64,000 nt of DNA from a virus, in IMG/VR virus record IMGVR_UViG_3300036770_008715, positions 1-64,000 of that record, one strand, 5' to 3'. Positions 55,995 through 64,000 of the stretch are shown one piece after another. Position 1 is the first letter of the stretch. Every line of letters begins with the position of its first letter. The notes beneath the pieces were generated by a model, which saw only the letters and a program-made list of their open reading frames with translations, did not search any database and was not told the DNA's origin. The position numbers and the translations under genes are program-made.

Positions 55995-56756
55995 TTATCC
56001 AACCTCAAACATCGGTGGTTCTTCGTAGGTATCTCTGAGTTCTTCGTCGAGCTTTTCTAGTTCTGTGATTGCTTCAAGATATATCTGAGGGCCATTGATT
56101 ACCATTCCACCTGGCAAAACATAGTTGCCATACTTAGAAAGGTTTGCTCCCCATTGTTTTTTAATTAGCTGAGTTGCATAATTTTTGAGCCAGTTATCAT
56201 TCCATACTTTTGTAAATACTTCTGGATCAAGAACCTTAAAGCATTCAATTAAAATAAACTTTCCTGGAGCTGCTTCGTTTGGCCAGCTCATGTCAATGTG
56301 TAATCGCCCTTCGCGCTTATTGAATCGGAATGGGTTATCGCCAGTAAGAATCATCTCAAGCATTCTAATATGGGATCTGGCAATGTAATAATATGTATAA
56401 GAGGAAGAAGTGAAGTCGTATAATTCGTTTAATCGAAGCTGATAATTCAGATCAAAGATATTGAAGTCGACCGAAGATCCGCCACCAGAAACAGTTCCTG
56501 AAACTGGAAATACTTGTTTAACTCCAATAATTGATTCTGGTAGAGTAAAATAGGTATTGCTAATATCTGCCTGATTGACTTGAATAGCCAGATACTCTTT
56601 GGTAGTCCCATCATAATGATAGTCAGCATACTTTGACAGCGCATCGTCGATACGATCTTCTACCTGATCGTCATCGACATTAATATCAATAACAGGAAAT
56701 CCAAGTTTTCTTAGGCAATAATCTTTGAATTCTGTTCTTGAGGCTGGTTTTGCCAT
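55995..56756 (-). CDS. 13: Neck protein gp13
   Basis: YCLRKLGFPVIDINV..DQ, KQWGANLSKY..LPGG..NG. Confidence 0.94.
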   Translation of the reverse strand: MAKPASRTEFKDYCLRKLGFPVIDINVDDDQVEDRIDDALSKYADYHYDGTTKEYLAIQVNQADISNTYFTLPESIIGVKQVFPVSGTVSGGGSSVDFNIFDLNYQLRLNELYDFTSSSYTYYYIARSHIRMLEMILTGDNPFRFNKREGRLHIDMSWPNEAAPGKFILIECFKVLDPEVFTKVWNDNWLKNYATQLIKKQWGANLSKYGNYVLPGGMVINGPQIYLEAITELEKLDEELRDTYEEPPMFEVG

Positions 56757-56793
56757 TTATTCTTCTCGTTTAATTTGTTGTCCAGTTAACTAT

Positions 56794-57336
56794 TTATTCC
56801 CATGTTAATGGTGGCAATTCTGGTTCTATTTCTTCATAACCAGAAGGTATTGGCCTAGTACCATTTTGAACTTCATCCAATATTTCATAAAGAGTGTTCC
56901 AAGTGCTAGATCGTAATTCTACAGCCCTCTGCCCTTCTGTGGAGAACTTTGGATCTGGATCTGTTGCATAAGTACAAGCAGAAAGAATACCATCATAGTA
57001 TCTAGTTTGCGCAAAAGAGTCTAATCTTGCTTGCGTTGAATCAATAATATTCTTTTGTAGTTTTTGTAATTTAATTTGTTCTTCTGCTGATAATTCTTCT
57101 TCTGATTTGTCTACAACTTCTACTGCATAAACAACGCCATCTTCAATATATGGAATGACAGAAACAAGTCTTTGAGTAGAACTATCATAAGATCTCCAAA
57201 AATTTACTACATAACAAGAATTTTCTATAAGAAATTCTTCAGGTGCGCCTGATGCAGGAAAGGATATATTTGGAAAAATATCTCCCAATTCTGCAACTTG
57301 CTCAATAATATCATCAACAACTCTTGCTACGATCAT
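56794..57336 (-). CDS. Tail-fibre-associated protein (assembly chaperone-like)
   Basis: FPNISFP..G, RLDSFAQTR.YDGILSACTYA, ELP.LTW; follows the fibre/LamG genes. Confidence 0.6.
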   Translation of the reverse strand: MIVARVVDDIIEQVAELGDIFPNISFPASGAPEEFLIENSCYVVNFWRSYDSSTQRLVSVIPYIEDGVVYAVEVVDKSEEELSAEEQIKLQKLQKNIIDSTQARLDSFAQTRYYDGILSACTYATDPDPKFSTEGQRAVELRSSTWNTLYEILDEVQNGTRPIPSGYEEIEPELPPLTWE

Positions 57337-57337
57337 A

Positions 57338-59404
57338 TTATCTTCCTGGTAATCTTTCTGGTGGCGTGAAGTTTGCAGTATAACGAATATTTCCTTTAGT
57401 TATCCTAAAGCCATCCATATAACCTATCCATGGATATGGATTTGTAGTAGAGAAGTAACCAATATATCCTGGTAATGCTTTATCGTGATTTGCAGATCCG
57501 TTTGGAGTATTTTGAGTTGATCTTAGAACTCCATTTAGATATAATTTTAAAGTGTTTCCACTTCTAGTTCCAGCAAAATGCGTCCAAGTGTTAAGCGACA
57601 ATGCAATGTCGCTTAAAACATATTCAGAAGCTGAGCTGTTTCCATATCCAAAATATGGCCGACCAGTAGTAATCGTATGCACAAAAAACCACCCAACACT
57701 TGAAGATGTTCCGTCATTGGCTCGATTGTATATAGACCTATAATTACTAAAAGATGTAGGATACAACCAAGCCTCTAAACAAAAATCAGCTGTACCAAAA
57801 TCTAATGACTCATTGTTTAAAATTTCAATATAATCCCCAGTACCATCAAAATACACAGAAGAACTATTATAATTGGTTATATTAGTTCGAACCTGCGCGT
57901 TTCCTCTAGTTAACAAATTATTTAATTTGGCACCGTCATATATTGGAGCTTCGGAACCAGTTAATAACAGTTTTGTATTTGATATGTCTGTTAATGTCTG
58001 CATCGGCGGCGTAAAATTACTAGTGTATAGAGCTGTACCTCTAAGTACACGTAGGTTTGAAATATATCCATTAAACCATCTTGCCGCAGAAGAAGACGCT
58101 CCTTTACCTGCAGTAACAATAAATCCACTTACACCTGTGCTATTATCAGGAGTTCCTGTTATTGTTCCTGTTGCAGAAGATACACCATTAATATAAATTG
58201 TTAAAGCGTTCGAATTATTAACAAATGCTAAATGAGTCCATCTGTTTAAAGGTATTGTAGCTGATGTTGTCACAGTTCTTATTTGAGGAACTGATGTATC
58301 ATAATAATAAAATCTTACTGTGCCGCCTAATATGGGCCCAAAACTAAAAGACTCTCCTGTAGTTGTTAAAGCTATAGATCCGTAAGCTGGACTGCCTCCA
58401 TTTTCGCTCGAAGAGAACGCTCTCGGATATACCCACATCTCAATAGTATAGTTTGTATTATACCATTGACACAAATCCGAAGAAGTTGGAGCAGTTAAAT
58501 AATCTCCAGTTCCATCAAAATTATAACTACCGCCATTTGTATCTGAAGACCAAGGAGAACTTGAGGTGAACTGACTGAATGGATAGGCTGATGATATTGT
58601 GGAAGTTAATGTTAGAGCAGATGAGCTACTATCTTTAACTATGTAATCTTGTACTGTCAATAACTTAGTATTGGTTATTGCAGTTAATGGTGCAGTTGGT
58701 ACAGTTATAGTACTGGATGTAGCATTGTATGGGTTTGAGCCTACCACGATTCTGGCATTAGAAATATATCCTTGGCATTGATATCCGCTATACCCGTTCA
58801 GATATCTAAATGTACCATTATAAGATGAAGTTCCTGTACCTACTCTAGTGCCATTATAAAATATGGAACAAGTCGTACCAGTTCTACACCAAACTACGTG
58901 GTTCCATTGATTGAATTTAAATGTGCCAGCAGCTGCCGAAGTGGAAGCATTAAATCCTTCCATAATCATTCCTATACTACCATTATTACCTACCTGGAAT
59001 TGAAGATTTCCTGCATTACCACCCGCGCCAAAAATATTAGAACCAGCAAATATATTTCCATATGACTGGCCAGTATTACTACCAGTTAAAAACAACCACG
59101 CTTCGCAGCAGAAATCTTGAGAAGTATTGGCTGTAATATCTGATGGCCAAGTAATATTATTAGAAGTGGTAAATCTAGCGGACCATTTACCAGCTTCTTT
59201 AGAAAAAGGAGAAAATGCACCAATACTGGTATCTCCTAATCTAGTTATTGTATTGTTTATTGATGATATATCATCAGCAGTTAAATTTTGGGCACCATTA
59301 GCAGAGCTAGTCCCTTGCATCAATAATACAACATTTTCGAAAAAAGGATCTGCTGGAGAAGTTTTTCCTCCACTAGCCAATATTGGCATCAATAGTTCAT
59401 TCAT
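57338..59404 (-). CDS. Virion protein with three LamG/concanavalin-A-like domains
   Basis: Repeated FDGTGDY...EAW.YP...W.H...GYISN.R...YT.NFTPP. Confidence 0.85.
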   Translation of the reverse strand: MNELLMPILASGGKTSPADPFFENVVLLMQGTSSANGAQNLTADDISSINNTITRLGDTSIGAFSPFSKEAGKWSARFTTSNNITWPSDITANTSQDFCCEAWLFLTGSNTGQSYGNIFAGSNIFGAGGNAGNLQFQVGNNGSIGMIMEGFNASTSAAAGTFKFNQWNHVVWCRTGTTCSIFYNGTRVGTGTSSYNGTFRYLNGYSGYQCQGYISNARIVVGSNPYNATSSTITVPTAPLTAITNTKLLTVQDYIVKDSSSSALTLTSTISSAYPFSQFTSSSPWSSDTNGGSYNFDGTGDYLTAPTSSDLCQWYNTNYTIEMWVYPRAFSSSENGGSPAYGSIALTTTGESFSFGPILGGTVRFYYYDTSVPQIRTVTTSATIPLNRWTHLAFVNNSNALTIYINGVSSATGTITGTPDNSTGVSGFIVTAGKGASSSAARWFNGYISNLRVLRGTALYTSNFTPPMQTLTDISNTKLLLTGSEAPIYDGAKLNNLLTRGNAQVRTNITNYNSSSVYFDGTGDYIEILNNESLDFGTADFCLEAWLYPTSFSNYRSIYNRANDGTSSSVGWFFVHTITTGRPYFGYGNSSASEYVLSDIALSLNTWTHFAGTRSGNTLKLYLNGVLRSTQNTPNGSANHDKALPGYIGYFSTTNPYPWIGYMDGFRITKGNIRYTANFTPPERLPGR

Positions 59405-62400
59405 AATAATTTCCCATAAACAGTTGTTCCTGCGTTTCTGGTCCAGAAAATGAAGAAATCTGTTCCAGAAGATTGTAAAGTTCTACCTACATCTGTCAAA
59501 TATGTAGATATCGAAGTTGTGAAGGTTCCATCGGATTTAATCCAGTTTACAGTTGGCCATGTAACAGTGGCGGATCCTCCATTTACCAATTCCATTTGAA
59601 GCATACCCATGTTCCCGCTAGGAGGGAAATTGCTGAACGCAATAGTAAGAGCACCACCGACTTGCATTCTCTGCAAACTTCCACCAGTGTAATCAAATGT
59701 TTGCGTACCAGTTGTCTGTGTTCCTTTATCAACATACACAGTTCCCATGTCTTTGGTCATACCACGGGTAATTGTGTTATCTTCAAACGCCACAGTTCCT
59801 GTTGAGAACGTTGTAGTATTAGAGTTGATTGCAAATGCTGTACTTGGTGCTGATGTTCCAGTACTTGACGCAACTCTGAATTGAATTTCACCAGGAACAT
59901 ATCGACCAATAGTTCCTTCTCCTACTAAACCAGCTATTTCCGACGAATCTGTAAATGAGGTGCCATTAGCAGCATTCCAACGAACTTCGCCAATACCATC
60001 TCCAGCAGATACTGCAGTATACGTTCCAATAGTAGAGGAACCACTTCTAGACATGGAAAACCCACCAAGAGTGCTAGGGTTGGTGGTTCTGTCTCTCCAT
60101 TTAACTACACCAACCGCAGAATCGGCAAAGACTGTAGATATAGAGTGTAATTGTACTGATGGTGTTCCTCCTGTTCCTCCTATAGCATAAGCAACTGGAG
60201 AACCAACAACAACAGTTCCAGTAGAATCAATGACAAATGGAGTTGCATCTGGGTTTGTTGAATCTTCTATTACGATTGCGTTACCAGTACCTGTTTGGGT
60301 GATTCGCAGAGCATCATCAACAGTGGTGTTAATGATTAATACATTACCTGTTATGCTGGCACCACCAGAAGAAGTGTTTATTTGACTGGTAAATCGAGGA
60401 ATTCCTATAAAACTAACGTTAGCATTACCAGAAGTCCCTGAACCAACTGAAACTGTAATAGTGGATGTATTGTTAAAATTCAATCCCACGCTAGAAAGTG
60501 TAGAGCCAGTATTTGCTGAAACACGCACAGTGTTTGCAGCCGCAATTGCAGTGGTGGTTGCTGAATTTGCTTGATTATATGCTAAATTTGCTTGGGCATA
60601 TGCCGAGTTTAGTGCAGGAGCTAAAACAACATTTGTTCCTTTGTATGTAAACGCAGCGTTAGAAACTGCCAGCAATTGCTGTGAATATGGACCACCAAGA
60701 ACATTATTTTTATCTATTACATAGAAGCCATCATTGCTGTCATTGCCTCTAATTCCAATAACAAAGTGGGCAGCATCTGCAGCTTCGATTATTGAGCCAG
60801 AAGTGCTTCCTGGTAGTACTGAATCTATATCAGTATCGGAAGAAGTCCATTGTCTTATAAAAGTTGTTCCGCCAATAACTACGTTGTTTAAGAATCTAAC
60901 TCTTCCAGATACAGATAAACTAAATTGATCTAGATCACTAGTCGACCCGATTCCGACTGAACCAGCAAAGTAGTTATTTGCTGTTCCGCTGGCATAGAAG
61001 TTCCATCTATTTGCAGCAGCAGCACTTGCAGATAAAACTCCATAGCTAGTGTTTGCATTTGTAATAGCTTCAACAGAAACTCCATAGAAATTAGAAATAT
61101 TGTTTCCAGAAGCCGCACCAAGAGAAGGATTGGGTACTCTAAGGCCATATGCGTTAGTTATTGTTCCATTTGGCCCTTGAGATGTGATGCTTGTCTGGAA
61201 TGCAGCCATACTTGGAATGGTGCCAGTGAAATTGTGTGTTCCTTGTCCAACAACTCCTACAAGAGCTCCAGTAGATGCATGTCCAGAACTCGTCACAACC
61301 CAACCAGCAACACCAACAGAACTAGCTATACCCGATGCCTTTGTCGCATCAATCCTAGACAAGGTTCCATATTCAGATAATGTTGTATCTGATGCTTGAT
61401 CATACACATATAACTTAGACTGGTTTGTAAACCCTCCAATTCCAACTGTCCCTGCGAAATAGTTATTTGCCGTCCCAGCAGAATAGAACCCCCACTTGTT
61501 TGCACCAGCAGATACTCCAGAATAGAATCCGTAGTCGTTTAAACCAGAAGTTAGATCGCTTGTGTAATACCCAAACAAATTAGTTATTGTATTGGCGCCA
61601 CCAGTTCCTAAGCCAGCATTTTGACAGTAAAAATTATAACCATCTGTTATAGTTCCACCACCGACAGATTGAATATATGAACCGACGCCTGCGGCTGCCG
61701 CGACCGTCGCTGTGCTTCCGTGCGAAAATGCGCCAGCCACTCCTCGAGCAAAATGATCTGTAGAACTAGAACTTGGGCTGGTGAGGGCTAGGCCATAAAC
61801 AGCAACTTTAGCATTTGCACCACCAGCAGAAGAGTCAGTCAGGAGTCCATATATTCCATAGTTCGATTCAATTGAACTAGAATTAAATGTAGTATACAAT
61901 TTAGTAGATGGCACTGGAACAGTTGTTCCAATACTAACGTTTCCACCAGCATCGATGATAAATGGAGTTGCATCTGGATTTGTTGAATCTTCAACAACGA
62001 ATGCATTACCAGATCCTGTCTGATTGATTCGCAGAGCATCAGTTGCGCTATCAACTTGTATAGTTAAATCTGTATATATTTTTGTCTTAGCGATATCATT
62101 AGAGTTTTGGTATGTGGCTAGTGTTTCAGTTCCATTAATATAAAACCGATGCCCCAAAGACCCCGCAGTTATCGGTGTTGTATTGGTGTCACATTTATAT
62201 TTCGTAAATTTCGCATTATTGTTTGCTGAAATTGAAATATATTCTGGCCCAGCCGCTCCTGTATTTTCTAGTATTGAATATTGTGTGCTATTTCTTTTTA
62301 ATATTAGTGATCCGCCAACATCGTCAGCAACTTGCGTTATTGATACATTTCCTTTAATATCTACTGTGTCCGCCCAATTTGAAGCGTCTGTAGTATCAGT

Positions 62401-64000
62401 TTCTCCATATCCTACTCTAAATGTATTAGCAACATATAAGTTACCATCAGTCGTAAGCGCCATCGCACCTTGCGCACTAGTGTGGCTAGAATCTCCCCAC
62501 CAAAAACCTCTATCTGAATTATTACTAAATCTAAATGTCATTGCCCAGTTATTCAGAGGGCCGAAGGTTATAGCACTAACCATTCCTATGCCAAAAGACG
62601 CTTCCGTTCCATACAATGTAAATTTCGTATAACTTGAACTCAACGTTGATGCAAACTGTTCAGAATATACATCCCTCCATAATCTGGTAGAAGAACCAAG
62701 ATCATATGTTAAGTTTGCTGATGGGATTATACTTGCTGCAGCTGCACCAACGTTATTGTCGTTCCATACTTTAGCATTATTAGAAAAAATATCTCCGTCT
62801 CTAAAAACGTAAGTGTCCCAACTAACTAAGCCACCAGCTGTGACTGGTCCATCTTGTACGAAAAGTTGAAATCCTGTTCCACTTCCACCATTTCTGAAAG
62901 CAAATGCACCATCTTGGGTATTTTTAGCTTCCCATCTTGTGTCGACACCATCATAGTATGCATTAAATCCAACATATCCCCCAACCGCAAAATCAGCTGT
63001 GGTTGTTGCAGTCCCACCCACTATCAAAAATTGATCTATATCATACCCATCTAACAAATCAGCATTTAGGTTGTTAACCTTTGTTGTCGAAGAAACAGCA
63101 AATGGTGTAGTGTTTTGGAACAAAACAGTTTTGTTTGATTGGAAAAATGTATTTGAATTTAATGTTGTAGTTGGAGAAGTGATATTTACATTTCCACCAA
63201 CATTCAATCCCCCAGCAACACCCACACCACCAGCTACTTTCAGAGCACCTGTTGTTGTGCTTGTGGAATTGGTATTACCAACAATATTAACATTTTCAAA
63301 ATAATTGATGCTATTTCCAACTGAAGCGTTATATTGATCAGTTCCAGTTGACCCAACAGTGGCGCCATTTTCATACGTTATTGTATGGGTTCCATTAACT
63401 GCATAACATTCAATTACAAGATGATATTCTCTAAATTGAGCTTCGTTTTGAATTTGGATTTCATAGTTGCCTGTTGATGTTTTGACTGCACGAATTCTAT
63501 CTCCTGGTCCGCGAACAACACAAAGATCTGGAGTGTTTGTAGTAGTGCTTTCTGTACGAACGCAGGCAACCATATATGTTTCAAAATCTGAATTGACAGA
63601 TCCTTGTATTGCGTGCGACCAATTTGGATCTGTTACAATTATCTTGAACCCAATCGTTGAGTACAAGACGTCTGCTAGAGAAGCAACAATAAATCTCCTC
63701 CATGTGCCTGCAACAGCACTACCAAAATCTATATTCAGTTTAAATGTTGGTTGAGCCTCATAACCATGGTTCACTCCGCCCAAAAACCTACCAATTCCAG
63801 CAGCTTGTAACACATTAGTAGTTTTATCAAACGTTAAATTGGCATTGGCACCAACAGAACCACCATCATTAAAAAGTATTTGAGTGGTTGATCCTGGTGT
63901 TGTTAATGTTCCTGTTGCGCCTTGGACTCCTTGGAATCCTTGAGAACCAACTGCGCCCTGCCTGCCCTGTTGACCTTGTACTCCTTGGAATCCTTGAGGC
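59401..64000 (-). CDS. Large tail fibre/adhesin, 5'-partial, with collagen-like G-X-Y segment
   Basis: The frame stays open to the window end (PQGFQGVQGQQGRQGAVGSQGFQGVQGATG). Contains NLNADLLDG and Gly/Ser/Thr-rich beta repeats with internal duplications. Confidence 0.85.
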   Translation of the reverse strand, partial: PQGFQGVQGQQGRQGAVGSQGFQGVQGATGTLTTPGSTTQILFNDGGSVGANANLTFDKTTNVLQAAGIGRFLGGVNHGYEAQPTFKLNIDFGSAVAGTWRRFIVASLADVLYSTIGFKIIVTDPNWSHAIQGSVNSDFETYMVACVRTESTTTNTPDLCVVRGPGDRIRAVKTSTGNYEIQIQNEAQFREYHLVIECYAVNGTHTITYENGATVGSTGTDQYNASVGNSINYFENVNIVGNTNSTSTTTGALKVAGGVGVAGGLNVGGNVNITSPTTTLNSNTFFQSNKTVLFQNTTPFAVSSTTKVNNLNADLLDGYDIDQFLIVGGTATTTADFAVGGYVGFNAYYDGVDTRWEAKNTQDGAFAFRNGGSGTGFQLFVQDGPVTAGGLVSWDTYVFRDGDIFSNNAKVWNDNNVGAAAASIIPSANLTYDLGSSTRLWRDVYSEQFASTLSSSYTKFTLYGTEASFGIGMVSAITFGPLNNWAMTFRFSNNSDRGFWWGDSSHTSAQGAMALTTDGNLYVANTFRVGYGETDTTDASNWADTVDIKGNVSITQVADDVGGSLILKRNSTQYSILENTGAAGPEYISISANNNAKFTKYKCDTNTTPITAGSLGHRFYINGTETLATYQNSNDIAKTKIYTDLTIQVDSATDALRINQTGSGNAFVVEDSTNPDATPFIIDAGGNVSIGTTVPVPSTKLYTTFNSSSIESNYGIYGLLTDSSAGGANAKVAVYGLALTSPSSSSTDHFARGVAGAFSHGSTATVAAAAGVGSYIQSVGGGTITDGYNFYCQNAGLGTGGANTITNLFGYYTSDLTSGLNDYGFYSGVSAGANKWGFYSAGTANNYFAGTVGIGGFTNQSKLYVYDQASDTTLSEYGTLSRIDATKASGIASSVGVAGWVVTSSGHASTGALVGVVGQGTHNFTGTIPSMAAFQTSITSQGPNGTITNAYGLRVPNPSLGAASGNNISNFYGVSVEAITNANTSYGVLSASAAAANRWNFYASGTANNYFAGSVGIGSTSDLDQFSLSVSGRVRFLNNVVIGGTTFIRQWTSSDTDIDSVLPGSTSGSIIEAADAAHFVIGIRGNDSNDGFYVIDKNNVLGGPYSQQLLAVSNAAFTYKGTNVVLAPALNSAYAQANLAYNQANSATTTAIAAANTVRVSANTGSTLSSVGLNFNNTSTITVSVGSGTSGNANVSFIGIPRFTSQINTSSGGASITGNVLIINTTVDDALRITQTGTGNAIVIEDSTNPDATPFVIDSTGTVVVGSPVAYAIGGTGGTPSVQLHSISTVFADSAVGVVKWRDRTTNPSTLGGFSMSRSGSSTIGTYTAVSAGDGIGEVRWNAANGTSFTDSSEIAGLVGEGTIGRYVPGEIQFRVASSTGTSAPSTAFAINSNTTTFSTGTVAFEDNTITRGMTKDMGTVYVDKGTQTTGTQTFDYTGGSLQRMQVGGALTIAFSNFPPSGNMGMLQMELVNGGSATVTWPTVNWIKSDGTFTTSISTYLTDVGRTLQSSGTDFFIFWTRNAGTTVYGKLL

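Noticed and set aside
604-63754. The many plus-strand ORFs in the track
   Set aside because: They lie antisense to well-supported minus-strand genes and have no recognisable motifs; treated as shadow ORFs.
57338-64000. Diversity-generating retroelement acting on the fibre or LamG genes
   Set aside because: No reverse transcriptase is in the window, and the repeats differ at many non-adenine, mostly synonymous positions within one reading frame.
1-64000. Alternative genetic code or stop-codon reassignment
   Set aside because: Core genes translate full-length with the standard code, TAA/TAG/TGA are all used as stops, and no suppressor tRNA is seen.

Overview
A 64-kb slice of a large lytic T4-like myophage genome with cyanophage/pelagiphage-like gene order. 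No photosynthesis genes are present. IHF-type boxes, a ROSE-like leader and an E. coli-like tRNA-Ile2 point to a proteobacterial host (inference). Essentially all genes lie on the minus strand. Read in transcription order (64000 to 1), the window holds: a partial collagen-containing tail fibre, a LamG protein, neck/terminase/tail/head genes (13-14-15-16-17-18-19-20-67-68-21-22-23-3), then uvsY, a NUMOD-type ORF, uvsW, 55-47-46 and peptide deformylase. Next come an early VWA/AAA pair, a wHTH regulator and a TET/JBP dioxygenase + glycosyltransferase cassette fused to the dNMP kinase-45-dsbA-44-62-regA operon. These are followed by hsp20, dCMP deaminase, three tRNAs, a nucleotide-sugar/glycosyltransferase island, 43-uvsX-40-41 and a late RNA-ligase-like + HIGH-nucleotidyltransferase/kinase pair. 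Top candidate for a new system: the TET/JBP oxidase and the adjacent glycosyltransferase both end in the same C-terminal peptide as the DNA polymerase (STLEDFFG, the position of the T4-type sliding-clamp-binding motif). This suggests clamp-tethered, replication-coupled DNA hypermodification, under a promoter that carries a palindromic operator. Other notable signals are a possibly virion-packaged RNA-repair module, a protease-cleavable head polyprotein, IHF-box promoters and an IHF-box array, a ROSE-like thermometer, and an unexplained multi-stem RNA. All calls come from motif reading and synteny; no database searches were run.
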